Below, in pieces: positions 54,625 to 64,000 of a stretch of 64,000 nucleotides of DNA (positions are counted from its first letter, which is position 1; the number at the start of each line of letters is the position of its first letter). The notes under the pieces were generated by a model. The model worked only from the letters and a program-made list of their open reading frames with translations. It was not told the origin of the DNA and made no database searches. Origin of the DNA: an uncultured Gammaproteobacteria bacterium (GTDB taxonomy: Bacteria > Pseudomonadota > Gammaproteobacteria > Steroidobacterales > Steroidobacteraceae); the NCBI GenBank assembly GCA_963769895.1, contig CAVYNJ010000004.1, positions 5,882 through 69,881 on the forward strand. The letters run 5' to 3'. Both the position numbers and the translations under genes were made by a program.

Positions 54625-55240
54625 GTGATTGAGTCTCGAGAAGTCCGTAGTGCTGGTGTCTTCACTGTACGCAAGGCGGGGACTGCATCATCGGTGCCGA
54701 TGCGGCGAGGGCCGATGGACTGGCCGGGATCCCAGAGCGGGGTAGAGGTACGGGATGGGTTCCCCATGAACCTGGGAGATCCTGTGTTCGACCAATCGAC
54801 GATAGCCAGCGGTACCGCGCTTGAACGGGACCAGGCCCAAGCGGAGTTCTCCGCCGCTCGGGAGCGAACGAGGAGAGGATCGGTTGGAGCGGAGACTTCT
54901 GTTCAGCGCCAAGGAGAGCTTTTACAAGGCGTGCTTCCAGCTGCGCCCCGATTATGTCGATTTTCTCGACGTCGCAATGGAGATCAACGTTGCTCGGCGC
55001 GAGTTCTTTGTCACGCCGCTAGAGCGCTCGCTGCGCGCCGTGCTCGGCGCGCACTCTGTGTGCGGTCGCTTCGCCCGCGTCTCGGGATTGATCTGCACCG
55101 CAGCCGCTATCGGCGTCCGTGCGGGCGCCGTCGCGCCGGATCGCCTCGAACAATCGCTTCGGCCCGGGCTTGCAGCGGGGTCCCTCGGACGAGAACAGAC
55201 CGTAAATTCGATTGACCTGCATGTCGTGGAATCGAAATAA
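54625..55240 (+). pseudogene. EntD/Sfp-type 4'-phosphopantetheinyl transferase, frameshifted with degenerate active site
   Basis: Frame 1 carries 'SREVRSAGVFTVRKA...GPMDWPGSQSGVEVRDG'. This follows the order of the R.EF.AGR, P.WP and GS.SH/G.D.E motifs, but compressed and lacking the Mg-binding residues. Frame 2 carries 'ERRLLFSAKESFYKACF', the canonical FSAKES.YKA motif. Confidence 0.55.
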
Positions 55241-55724
55241 CGTCGCTGCCGTGAGTATCGCGGCGAGCTTTGCCGCGTCGAGGCAGGCTGCCATGGGCAC
55301 GGTTGAGCACGAGTCCGCACGTGCGCGGCGCCTCGCGCTTAGACTGGCGAAATCGCACCCCACGCGCCAATCGTCGCGCTTATCGCGACAGCACGGCATC
55401 AGTGTTTCACCTGAGCCTGCGCGTCCGGTCGATACCGCATTGACAGTCGCCCCGGTGCCTCCTAGTCTGCGGGGGATTTTCTAACGCTCGGCTTTTTGAT
55501 AATCGCGCGCAACAATGACGGCTTGGGGGAGCATGGCCGCAACGACAACATCGCTGGTACCGCCGTTACGCGCGTCCACCGCATCGCCGCCGAGCGCCGG
55601 CCGGTCGTTCACGCCGGCAGATTGTGCCCACCATACCTCGAGTACAACCAGGAACACTTAAGCGGCTGGACGACATTCATCATTGCAACATGGCCCGGTC
55701 GCACGGACCAGTATGGGGTAGCAC

Positions 55725-58706
55725 ATGAAGAAGCGTTATCGCAACAAGAAGAAATCCTATGCGCAGCTCGTCGGAGCGGCGCTCGTATCTGCGGTCAGTC
55801 TTCCGCAAGTGAGCTGGGCGCAGACGGCGTACGCAAACCTCCGAGGCACTGCCGGCGCTGACGCCGAAGTGACTGCCGAGAATGTCGCGACCGGCGAGGT
55901 CAGGCGCGCGAAGGCGGGCGCGGACGGCGTCTACACCCTCGTCGGTCTGCCACCCGGCACCTATCGCGTCGATGCGGGCGCCGGCACCGGCCGCGTCGTC
56001 ACGCTGACGGTGGCATCGACCGTGACGCTCGATCTCACGGCGCAAACTGCGCAACCGCCGGCGGGCACGACGCTCGCCGAGATCGTCGTAAACGCCCTGC
56101 GGCCGATCGAGGTCAAGACTTCCGAGGTCGGCATGACGGTGTCGCAGGCGCAGATCGAGAACCTGCCGCAAGTTTCGCGCAATTTCCTCGAGTTTGCCGA
56201 CACGGTCCCGGGCATCCAGTTCACGACCAATCCATCGGGCGACACGTCGATCACCGGCGGTGCGCAGAACGCGAGCTCGGTCAACGTCTACATCGACGGC
56301 GTCGGTCAGAAGAGCTACGTCAAGGAAGGCGGCGTCAGCGGCCAATTCTTCACGCAAGGCAATCCGTTTTCGCAGCTCGCGATCTCGGAGTACAAGGTCA
56401 TCACCTCGAACTACAAGGCCGAGTACGGCCAGATCTCGAGTGCCGCGATCACGGCTGAGACCAAGTCCGGTACGAATCAATTCCACGGCGAAGTTTTCGA
56501 CACCTACACGAATCAGAACATGCGGGCCGAGACTCCGTCCGAGGTCCATTCCGGCCTGAAGACGCCCTCGCACGAGGATGAGTACGGCGCAGCGTTCGGC
56601 GGCCCGATCATCCACGACCGGATGCACTTTTTCGTGACATACGAGGCGAAAAGTTTCAACACGCCGATCACCGTCACGCCGGGGGGGTTGATTGGCACCG
56701 ATACGAATACGATCTCGCTTCTGCCACCAAGCGCGCAGGCCCAGTTCGGGCCGGCGGATCTGCCGTTCACCGAGCATCTCACCTTCGGCAAGGTCGATTG
56801 GGAGCTCTCCGATCGCGACCGCATCGTCGCTGAATCTCAATATCGGCAGGAGGATCAGATCGGCAATATTGGCGTGGGCCAGGCGCCCTCCGCCTCGATC
56901 GATACGAAGAACAACGACCTGCGCATCAACGCGCGCTGGCAGCACAGCGCTGATCGCTGGTACAACGAAGTGCTCGCCAACTACCAGGACGCATCCAATG
57001 CGCCCTCGTCGCGCGGTATCGGCAACGGCGCCCAATATGCGATCGCCGCCAACAACAATCAGGTCATCCTCGATACGGGGCCCGCATCGCCGCTCGCGAC
57101 GCAGAACAAGGGACAGCGGGGTCCGGGCATCAAGGACGATCTCACCTTCAGCAACCTGCGCGGCTGGGGCGATCACACGGTCAAGATGGGTATCCGATTC
57201 AATTATCTGAACCTGAAGGCGCAAGATGCCGAAGACATCAATCCCCAGTTCTACTATGACGTCAATTCGACCGGCACCGACACACAGCCGTACAAGGCGT
57301 TTTTCACGAAGCCCGTCCCGGGCCTCAACCCGACGGCGCAATCCATCGACCGACAGCTTGGGATCTACTTGCAGGATGACTGGGCGATCAACCATCGCTT
57401 GACCATGAACTTCGGCGTGCGCTGGGACTACGAGCAGGTGATGTCGTATCTCGACTACGTGACGCCGGCCAACGTCGTCGCCGCCCTGAACAGCCAGGAT
57501 CCAAATGCCCCGGTCGGACAAACCTATGCGCAGTCGCTCGCCAAGGGCGGCGTGAACGCCAACGATTACATCAGCAACGGCCACAATCGCAAGGCACCAA
57601 CGGACGAGATTCAGCCACGGCTCGGCTTCTCCTACGACCTCAAGGATGACCAGAAGCACGTCGTCTTCGGCGGGTACGGCCGCGCCTACGACCGCGACCT
57701 CTACGATTACCTGCAGCTCGAGCAGACGAAGTCGTCCTTGCCGCAGTTCACTGTCTATTTTCCCTCGCCGCTGGTGCCAGCATGCCAGGGGACGCCCTGC
57801 GTCGCCTGGGATCCCGCCTACCTCAACGGTCTCTCGAATCTTCAGGCGCTGGTCGCCGCGAGCAATCGGGGCGCGGAAGTCGACATGATCAACAATAATC
57901 TGAAAGCACCGTATTCGGATCAGTTCAGTGTCGGAATACGCAACAAGCTCGGCGACTGGAACTCGACCGTGACGTTCGCGCGAATTGTAAGTCACGACGG
58001 CATTGCGTTCACGCTCGGCAACCGCCGCCCGGACGGCTCGTTCTGGCTGAACGGCGGCCAACCCTGGGGTAACGGGGTCCCCGGCTTCGGCTCGCTGATC
58101 ATTGCGAGCAACGGCATCGTGACGCGCACCAACCAAGTGCTGGTGTCGCTCGAGAAGCCTTACACAGAGGAGTCCGGCTGGGGCGCGACCTTCGCGTACA
58201 CCTTCACGGACGCAACCCAAAACCGCAGCATCACTGAGCACTACGCGTTCGACGAAGAGAACATCGCGCAATATCCGTTCATCCGCTCGAATGCGGCGCC
58301 ACGGCATCGCTTCGTGCTCACCGGCACCGCGAAAGTACCCTGGGGATTCGTGGTCGGCGCGAAGCTGACCCTCGCGACGCCGACACCGTACAATGACATC
58401 GCCTTTGGGCTCCCCGCACAGCCGAACGGCGCCGGCGGCTTGCCGGTTTCCGCGACACCCGAACCGACCTTCGGTTACCGGGACCTCGATCTTCAGGTGA
58501 CCAAGAATTTCAAGATGAAGTACGGCTCGACGCTCTATCTGCGGATGAATGTCGTGAACGTCTTCAACAACAGGAATTACTCCGACATCATCACCAACTG
58601 GGTCGTCAACGGCACGCTGAATCCGCATCCGGTGAGCTACAACCCGAACGGCAACATTGACGGCGAGCCGCGCCAGCTCAAGCTGACCGCCGGCGTCAAG
58701 TTCTGA
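55725..58706 (+). CDS. TonB-dependent receptor with N-terminal carboxypeptidase-regulatory-like domain
   Basis: Signal peptide, 'VTAENVATGEVRRAKAGADGVYTLVGLPPGTYRV' (CarbopepD_reg-like), plug, and a large barrel ending '...LKLTAGVKF'. Confidence 0.9.
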   Translation: MKKRYRNKKKSYAQLVGAALVSAVSLPQVSWAQTAYANLRGTAGADAEVTAENVATGEVRRAKAGADGVYTLVGLPPGTYRVDAGAGTGRVVTLTVASTVTLDLTAQTAQPPAGTTLAEIVVNALRPIEVKTSEVGMTVSQAQIENLPQVSRNFLEFADTVPGIQFTTNPSGDTSITGGAQNASSVNVYIDGVGQKSYVKEGGVSGQFFTQGNPFSQLAISEYKVITSNYKAEYGQISSAAITAETKSGTNQFHGEVFDTYTNQNMRAETPSEVHSGLKTPSHEDEYGAAFGGPIIHDRMHFFVTYEAKSFNTPITVTPGGLIGTDTNTISLLPPSAQAQFGPADLPFTEHLTFGKVDWELSDRDRIVAESQYRQEDQIGNIGVGQAPSASIDTKNNDLRINARWQHSADRWYNEVLANYQDASNAPSSRGIGNGAQYAIAANNNQVILDTGPASPLATQNKGQRGPGIKDDLTFSNLRGWGDHTVKMGIRFNYLNLKAQDAEDINPQFYYDVNSTGTDTQPYKAFFTKPVPGLNPTAQSIDRQLGIYLQDDWAINHRLTMNFGVRWDYEQVMSYLDYVTPANVVAALNSQDPNAPVGQTYAQSLAKGGVNANDYISNGHNRKAPTDEIQPRLGFSYDLKDDQKHVVFGGYGRAYDRDLYDYLQLEQTKSSLPQFTVYFPSPLVPACQGTPCVAWDPAYLNGLSNLQALVAASNRGAEVDMINNNLKAPYSDQFSVGIRNKLGDWNSTVTFARIVSHDGIAFTLGNRRPDGSFWLNGGQPWGNGVPGFGSLIIASNGIVTRTNQVLVSLEKPYTEESGWGATFAYTFTDATQNRSITEHYAFDEENIAQYPFIRSNAAPRHRFVLTGTAKVPWGFVVGAKLTLATPTPYNDIAFGLPAQPNGAGGLPVSATPEPTFGYRDLDLQVTKNFKMKYGSTLYLRMNVVNVFNNRNYSDIITNWVVNGTLNPHPVSYNPNGNIDGEPRQLKLTAGVKF

Positions 58707-58755
58707 TGCGCGGACGATCGAAGTTGCGGCCGCCAAACGCGGCCGAACCGGCGCT

Positions 58756-60285
58756 GTGACCGAAGCCTCGATTCGGCAGATCGTCATCGTCGGCGGCGGC
58801 ACCGCGGGCTGGATGGCGGCGGCCGCGTTCGCAAAAGTGCTGGGCGGCGACTGCGCCGTGCGCCTGATCGAATCGGAGGACATCGGCACGGTCGGCGTGG
58901 GTGAGGCGACCGTGCCGCACCTGAAGCTCTTCAACCAGGTGCTGGAAATCGACGAAGTGGAGTTCATCAAGGCCGTACAGGGCACGTTCAAGCTCGGCAT
59001 CCAGTTCGTCGATTGGGCTCGCCCCGGGGACCGGTACATCCACGGCTTCGGCAGCATCGGTCATGACTACGGCATGCTGCCGTTTCATCAGTATTGGTTG
59101 AAGGCTTATCTTGCAGGCCGGGCGGCCGAGATCGGCGAGTATTCGCTTAACACCGCCGCGGCGCCGCTCGGCAAGTTCATGACATCGGCGAGCGACGCGC
59201 CGGCGAACTCGCCGCTCGCCAACGTCGCCTACGCCTACCATTTCGACGCCGGCCTATATGCACGCTACCTGCGCGGCTACGCCGAGGCTCGCGGCGTGCG
59301 CCGCACTGAGGGTCGGGTCGCGGACGTCCGATTGCGCGGCGACGACGGTGGCATCGAGGCCGTCGTTCTTGCCGGGGGCGAGACGATCGGCGGCGAGCTC
59401 TTCGTCGATTGTTCGGGTTTTCGGGGCCTGCTGATCGAGGGGGCGCTGCACACGGGCTATCAGGACTGGACGCACTGGCTGCCCTGTGACCGTGCGCTCG
59501 CCGTGGCGACCGAGAACATGAGTTCGCCGCCGCCCTTCACGCGCTCGACCGCGCGACCGGCCGGCTGGCAATGGCGTATTCCGCTGCAACACCGCTGCGG
59601 CAATGGTTATGTCTATTCCGGCGCGTTCCAGAGCGACGACGACGCGGCCGCGACGCTTCTCGCGAATCTCGAAGGGCGCGCCCTCGGCGAACCGAGGATG
59701 ATCCGGTTCTCGGCCGGAGTCCGCCGGCAATTCTGGAACAAGAACTGCGTCGCGATCGGGCTCGCTGCGGGATTTCTCGAACCGCTCGAATCGACCAGTA
59801 TCTACCTCATCCAGTCCGGGATCGCCCGCTTGATCAATCTGATGCCTGGCCGGCGCTTCAGCCGCACCCTCATCGAACGCTACAATGCCCAAACGTCGTT
59901 CGAGTTTGAGCGCATACGCGACTTTCTGATCCTGCATTATTGCGCAACTGAACGCAGCGACTCGCCGTTCTGGAATTATTGCCGAACCATGGCGGTCCCG
60001 GAGCGCTTGCGCGAGGTCATCGACCTGTTTCGCGACAGCGGACGCTTTTACCGCGATGCCGAGGAGATGTTCGCATTGACAAGCTGGGTGCAGGTGATGA
60101 TCGGTCAGCATGTCTTGCCGCGTGCGTATCATCCGCTGGTCGATCGGATGCCGGATCGGCAGTTGCACGAATTCGTCGCGGGAGTGAGGAGTGTCGTCGC
60201 GAATTGCGTCGAGACAATGCCAATGCACGGCGAATTCATCACACGCCATTGTCTGGCGCCACGGCTGAGCGCGGCAGCCGCCTGA
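58756..60285 (+). CDS. tryptophan-halogenase-family flavin-dependent protein
   Basis: 'IVIVGGGTAGWMAAAAFAK' and 'GWQWRIPL' (WxWxIP motif). Confidence 0.85.
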   Translation: MTEASIRQIVIVGGGTAGWMAAAAFAKVLGGDCAVRLIESEDIGTVGVGEATVPHLKLFNQVLEIDEVEFIKAVQGTFKLGIQFVDWARPGDRYIHGFGSIGHDYGMLPFHQYWLKAYLAGRAAEIGEYSLNTAAAPLGKFMTSASDAPANSPLANVAYAYHFDAGLYARYLRGYAEARGVRRTEGRVADVRLRGDDGGIEAVVLAGGETIGGELFVDCSGFRGLLIEGALHTGYQDWTHWLPCDRALAVATENMSSPPPFTRSTARPAGWQWRIPLQHRCGNGYVYSGAFQSDDDAAATLLANLEGRALGEPRMIRFSAGVRRQFWNKNCVAIGLAAGFLEPLESTSIYLIQSGIARLINLMPGRRFSRTLIERYNAQTSFEFERIRDFLILHYCATERSDSPFWNYCRTMAVPERLREVIDLFRDSGRFYRDAEEMFALTSWVQVMIGQHVLPRAYHPLVDRMPDRQLHEFVAGVRSVVANCVETMPMHGEFITRHCLAPRLSAAAA

Positions 60286-60331
60286 CGCGCTCGCGATGCC
60301 GTTGTGAGCAATCAATCTCGGTAGGTCAACT

Positions 60332-61795
60332 TTGAAGGGAATCGATCGACGCCAGTTTGTGAGCGCCGCAGGCGCCTCCGTATTGCTCGCCTCCTGCCGG
60401 TGGCGCGACCGAGGTGACTCGTTCGCGCCGGTGGACCCGGATCCAATTGCGGCCCCGGGTGCGCCGATGAGTCTCGAGGCGCTGCTGACGACGACGCAGC
60501 GGCTCACATTCGATTTTTTCTGGCAAACAACTGAGGCGGAGCGTGGTCTGGCGCCGGATTACATACCTGAGCGGCAGTCCGCGAGCGTCTCCGCCATGGG
60601 CTTCGCGCTCTCCGCAATTCCGATCGGTATCGAGCGAGGCTGGGTGTCGCGCGAGGCCGGAGCACAGCGCGCGGCAAACACGTTGCAATTTCTGCGCAAC
60701 GCCCCGCAAGGCCCGGGCATCGGCGGTGTGAGCGGCTATCGCGGGTTCTTCTACCATTTTCTCGAATTGACGAGCGGTACGCGGTACCGTCATTCGGAGC
60801 TCTCAAGCGTCGATACGACCTTGCTGTTGATGGGCGTCCGTTGCTGCGGTCAGTACTTCGACCGTGCCAACGGCCTCGAGAGCACGATCCGCTCGCTCTC
60901 GGACGAACTCTGCGAGCGTGTCGATTGGCCGTGGATGCAGGTGCGCCGCCCGAGCATTTGCATGGGTTGGATGCCCGAGACGGGGTTCCTGGAAATGGAT
61001 TGGATCGGCTACAACGAGGGCATGATGGTCTACCTGCTGGCGCTCGGCTCGAGCGAGCATGGAATCGCGCCGGATGCATGGGCAGCATGGACATCCGGCT
61101 ACCCGCGAAGCTGGGGACGATTGGAGGGAATCGAACACTTGACGTTTGGCCCGATGTTCGGCCATCAATACACCCAGGTCTGGTTCGATTTGCGTGGACC
61201 TTCCGACGCCTACATGCGCGCCCGCGGTATCGACTACTTCACCAACAGCCGCCGCGCCGCGCTGTCGCAGCGCGCCTATGCGATCGCCAACCCGCTCGGT
61301 TGGCAGGGGTACGGAGGCAATGTTTGGGGCTTGAGCGCGTCTGACGGCCCGACCGACGCGAAGCTGCGATATCGCGGGGAGTGGCGGCCCTTTCATACCT
61401 ACGCCGGCCGCGGCGTGTGTCTGAATCCCGCGCACGACTTCGACGACGGCACGCTGACGCCGACCGCGCCGCTCGGTTCACTGCCGTTCGCGCCTGACGA
61501 GGTCCTTCCGGCGATCGCCGAGATTCACCAGCGCTACGGTTCGGCCATCTTTCGGGAATACGGATTCGTCGATGCATTCAATCCGAGCTTCGGCTACGAC
61601 GTCCCATTGATGCGAGGCCGACGGGTCGGCAAACTCGGTTGGGCGGACACTCGCTACTACGGCATCAACAAGGGACCCGAGCTTGCGATGATCGAGAACC
61701 ATCGCAGCGGACTGCTCTGGCGGCTCATGCGGAAAGACCCCGTTCTATGCCGAGGAATGCGGCGTGCCGGATTCACGGGAGGATGGCTTGGGTAA
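60332..61795 (+). CDS. 'putative glucoamylase' family protein (PF10091 / GH144 endo-beta-1,2-glucanase-like), Tat/lipoprotein signal
   Basis: 'RRQFVSAAGASVLLASC', then an (alpha/alpha)6-type body ('FFWQTT...GLAPD', 'SSVDTTLLLMG', 'YNEGMMVYLLALGS'). The family call is from memory. Confidence 0.7.
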   Translation: MKGIDRRQFVSAAGASVLLASCRWRDRGDSFAPVDPDPIAAPGAPMSLEALLTTTQRLTFDFFWQTTEAERGLAPDYIPERQSASVSAMGFALSAIPIGIERGWVSREAGAQRAANTLQFLRNAPQGPGIGGVSGYRGFFYHFLELTSGTRYRHSELSSVDTTLLLMGVRCCGQYFDRANGLESTIRSLSDELCERVDWPWMQVRRPSICMGWMPETGFLEMDWIGYNEGMMVYLLALGSSEHGIAPDAWAAWTSGYPRSWGRLEGIEHLTFGPMFGHQYTQVWFDLRGPSDAYMRARGIDYFTNSRRAALSQRAYAIANPLGWQGYGGNVWGLSASDGPTDAKLRYRGEWRPFHTYAGRGVCLNPAHDFDDGTLTPTAPLGSLPFAPDEVLPAIAEIHQRYGSAIFREYGFVDAFNPSFGYDVPLMRGRRVGKLGWADTRYYGINKGPELAMIENHRSGLLWRLMRKDPVLCRGMRRAGFTGGWLG

Positions 61796-62023
61796 CACGA
61801 GCCCGTAAGAGGTCCCAACGCCATATGTGGGCGTGCAACCTTGTGATGGGAGATCGAGCAGTTCCATACACGGTTGGATCGGTCGTTCGACGCCGCCGTG
61901 CAGCGGCGGCGATCTCCTTCGGCGCGACCCTGCGATCTGCGAGTGGCCGTAGGCCCTGGAGTATTCCGTCCGGGACCGGTGCGCCACTCAATTGGAAAAT
62001 AATCAGCTCCAGCAGCCATTCCA

Positions 62024-63076
62024 CTAATCCTCTTGATGACACGCCGCCCGCCGATCAAAGTCGATCGGCGGGCTTTCTTGGCCGTTATCCGAGGACGTGG
62101 CCGTGCTCGCGGGGTGGAGCGACTTTTTCATATCGTCGTCGCTTTCGTTGACCGTGGTGGCTTGGTTCACCGGACAGGGCTCGCGCCGCAGCTCCGCGCC
62201 AAATTCGTCCCGAAACACGAGCTGGTTCTCATCGAAGGAGTACTCCGGATAATGGTGATCGCGCCACTGGTTGAGGAAGTGAGCGTAGAACGTGGAGAAA
62301 AATCCGCGGTTGGGCCTCTCCCGGTGCAGCGCGAACACGTACTCGGGAACTTCGCCCGCAGTGCGGTCCTCGCGACTGCAGCGCACCCAGACGTGCTCGC
62401 CGATGAATACCAATTTCCACAATGGCGGCTCGTCGTAGAACTTCAGTGCTATGTTTTTTCCCGGACCTCGCAGGTTGCGAAGCACCGCGATGCTGGACGC
62501 AATCTCCCGCTGGATCTCGTCCAGAGTTGCGCGGGAATCAGCGTGGGCCGCCGCATAGGCCTTTGCCGCGGCGCCCAAAGGGTGGATCAACATGACACGA
62601 AGCTCGTAACAGTCCGCGATGATTGATCGCAACGCACTGTCGGGCGCGGCAAACGTCTTGTGGCCAGTGACCGCCAGGATGGTCAAATCGCGCTTCCATG
62701 GCAGCTTCTTGACACGTGTATCCTTGACCCGGCGCGACAGCCAATCATCGTTGTTGCGGGCATAGACGAGCGAGGCAATTTCGGACATGCGCGCGCGTTT
62801 GCGGTAATTCCAGGTCAGCTTGATGAAGTTTACGATCAGCACCAGGACTGCCGCCAAGCCGACTTCGACGTAGATCAACTTCCGTGTATCGTCGCGGATC
62901 CGCGGCCACCAATTGAATAGAAAGTAGCCGGCTAGCTTCGGCAGCGAAAACGCGACCGCGATCGCAAGGAACGAAATCGCGACATGTAGTACGACGTGGC
63001 GCAGCCCGTTCCAGAATTTCGACAGCGCGGACTCGGCATTCATGCTTGCACTCCAGGGTGTCGTGGCGACGGTCAT
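62024..63076 (-). CDS. hypothetical two-TM membrane-anchored protein with an uncharacterised cytoplasmic domain
   Basis: Good coding character. TM helices 'HVVLHVAISFLAIAVAFSL' and 'LIYVEVGLAAVLVLIVNFI', then a ~250-aa soluble domain ('ELRVMLIHPLG...ALKFYDEPPLWKLVFIGEHVWV...FYAHFLNQW'). The start may be 63076 or 63043. The ORF-track start at 63340 is not credible. Confidence 0.55.
   Translation of the reverse strand: MTVATTPWSASMNAESALSKFWNGLRHVVLHVAISFLAIAVAFSLPKLAGYFLFNWWPRIRDDTRKLIYVEVGLAAVLVLIVNFIKLTWNYRKRARMSEIASLVYARNNDDWLSRRVKDTRVKKLPWKRDLTILAVTGHKTFAAPDSALRSIIADCYELRVMLIHPLGAAAKAYAAAHADSRATLDEIQREIASSIAVLRNLRGPGKNIALKFYDEPPLWKLVFIGEHVWVRCSREDRTAGEVPEYVFALHRERPNRGFFSTFYAHFLNQWRDHHYPEYSFDENQLVFRDEFGAELRREPCPVNQATTVNESDDDMKKSLHPASTATSSDNGQESPPIDFDRRAACHQED
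62046..62079 (+). terminator. rho-independent terminator-like hairpin
   Basis: GCCCGCCGATC aaagtc GATCGGCGGGC followed by TTTCTT. It lies about 250 nt after the GH144-like stop and inside the last codons of the convergent minus-strand ORF. Confidence 0.5.
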
Positions 63077-63431
63077 GGGATCTACGCGGTTGAATCGTGT
63101 CCCTGGCAAGACGAATTCGCCGTCGCGCGTCGTCCCGAGCTGGTCGGTGTCGATTTCCGCGTTCGCTCGACGCCGTGCCGAGATATCAGGATAGCGGTGC
63201 CGCGAAAGGCGCAACATTGGGCAGCCCCGGAAGTTCGCCGCGGAGAACACCTGAATGCGTCGGGAGGAATCCCCGTTCCGGAAGGAGGATCGCACTGCGG
63301 CTGTCGGCGGCGACCGACACCCGCCTCGAAACACACTCACGCCACGCAGGCCGAAGTACGACTGTCGCGCCGCGCGCCGTCGAACGGATCAGCGCTCGCC
63401 CGAGGCGGGACTTGAGACGCCAGGACGGCGT

Positions 63432-63545
63432 CTACCGTGCCGGGAGCCAACGGATCATCGTCTCAGGTCGCACAACCGCCAAGTCGTCGCGCCAATTGAA
63501 CAATTGCGAGAATGCCGCTAATGCCGAGGGGTACTGCTTCCGATA
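63432..63545 (-). mobile_element. short fragment of a transposase N-terminus
   Basis: The minus strand reads 'ALAAFSQLFNWRDDLAVVRPETMIRW' then stops. The DNA aligns with 16930-16990 inside the other transposase remnant. Confidence 0.5.
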
Positions 63546-63717
63546 GGCGCGTCCATCGGTAAATCCAATAATTACGGCGCACGGCTGCGGCATCAGGAAT
63601 TTCCTATGGCAATTCGCGGCGCTGCGCAGCCCCGGGATCGGGTGTTCACCGCCTAGTCGAATTCCCGCCCATCGCTAAGATCCTTCGCAGTTCATCCGAA
63701 ATCGGGAGATCGTACTC

Positions 63718-64000
63718 ATGGCGGCAATCCTACAATGCGAAGAACAAGGGCTGCGTGAAGCCGCCCGCGCCCGAAACAGAACCTTGGCCATGGAATTGAG
63801 CGCTGCCGCGATGGAAGGCGACGAGCGGCGCGTCAAGCAAATATTGGCCGAGCTGTTGCGCTGTCAGGCGCGGCGCCCAGAAGCGAAGCGCCATGTACAG
63901 CTGCAGGCTTTGGAGGATCTCTTCCATACGATGCGCTCGATGGCGATGACCGACGACTTGACCGGGCTGAACAACCGCCGCGGCTTCTTGCGCCTCGGCA
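63718..64000 (+). CDS. GGDEF-domain (diguanylate cyclase) protein, 3' end beyond window
   Basis: An ATG preceded by GGGAGA. The frame is open to the window end and finishes with 'TDDLTGLNNRRGFLRLG', the start of a GGDEF domain. Confidence 0.7.
   Translation, partial: MAAILQCEEQGLREAARARNRTLAMELSAAAMEGDERRVKQILAELLRCQARRPEAKRHVQLQALEDLFHTMRSMAMTDDLTGLNNRRGFLRLG

Noticed and set aside
54573-54830. Possible 5' fragment of a group II intron
   Set aside because: The resemblance was GTGCG followed by a CGTGCG-GTGA-CGCACG hairpin, TGAAGC, and CCTGGGAGATCC-type words, just after a hairpin. No domain V, no reverse-transcriptase ORF and no 3' end is present. The same stretch translates into ordered EntD-type PPTase N-terminal motifs, which explains it better. 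Rfam group-II-D1D4 models could settle it.
55680-59057. 1125-aa ORF on the minus strand
   Set aside because: It is entirely antisense to the well-supported TonB-dependent receptor gene (55725-58706). Its translation is Arg/Ala/Val-rich low-complexity sequence with no motifs. This is the typical shadow ORF of GC-rich DNA.
1-64000. CRISPR arrays, rRNA genes, complete tRNA/tmRNA genes, prophage structural genes
   Set aside because: On reading through all intergenic gaps, I saw no regularly spaced direct repeats, no rRNA-like conserved stretches, no full cloverleaf and no capsid, tail or terminase-like ORFs.

Overview
GC-rich chromosomal window from a Gram-negative bacterium; I cannot place the taxon without a search. 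Evidence for Gram-negative: five TonB-dependent receptors, an RND pump, a NodT-type outer-membrane factor and Tat signal peptides. The window falls into two parts.

(1) About 1-31.8 kb is a decayed accessory mosaic.
- It contains three same-orientation copies of the 3' half of a tRNA-Arg(UCG)-like gene at 4877, 7865 and 31727. No intact tRNA and no integrase is visible.
- It holds five type II toxin-antitoxin modules: AbrB-PIN, MazEF, a decayed RHH-PIN and Phd-PIN, plus an AbiEii-like nucleotidyltransferase.
- It holds dead or fragmentary DDE transposases.
- It holds several truncated or frameshifted genes: an RND pump, an alginate-export porin, a DUF1111-like di-haem protein and a Cap4/DUF4297-like nuclease N-terminus.
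- Intact cargo genes sit between these remnants:
  - a hybrid histidine kinase with an Asp-less receiver protein;
  - an OmpR-type regulator;
  - a three-subunit 2Fe-2S / molybdopterin / tri-haem cytochrome c aldehyde oxidoreductase;
  - a BlaI/BlaR1-like pair;
  - a TonB-dependent receptor, Ohr, and MFS transporters.

(2) About 31.9-64 kb is better preserved.
- A putative copper-handling cluster: a DUF326 four-helix-bundle protein, two DUF2946-like small proteins, a TonB receptor and a beta-barrel protein.
- A MarR-OMF-EmrA-EmrB efflux operon.
- A catabolic string on the minus strand: aldehyde dehydrogenase, small membrane protein, NCS1 permease, AraC, DMGDH-like dehydrogenase, TonB receptor.
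- A phosphopantetheinyl-transferase pseudogene next to a fourth tRNA-like 3' fragment.
- A TonB receptor / halogenase-like / GH144-like glycan locus.
- An orphan membrane protein and the start of a GGDEF gene.

The most unusual signals are non-coding:
- the tRNA-half repeats, which carry homologous upstream arms rich in TTGCGG;
- an unrelated ~65-70 bp repeat family with four copies, all on the + strand and all at gene-block junctions;
- an over-represented GTCCAATAT motif at the same junctions.

No CRISPR array, rRNA or complete tRNA was seen. All homology statements come from reading motifs by eye; no searches were run.
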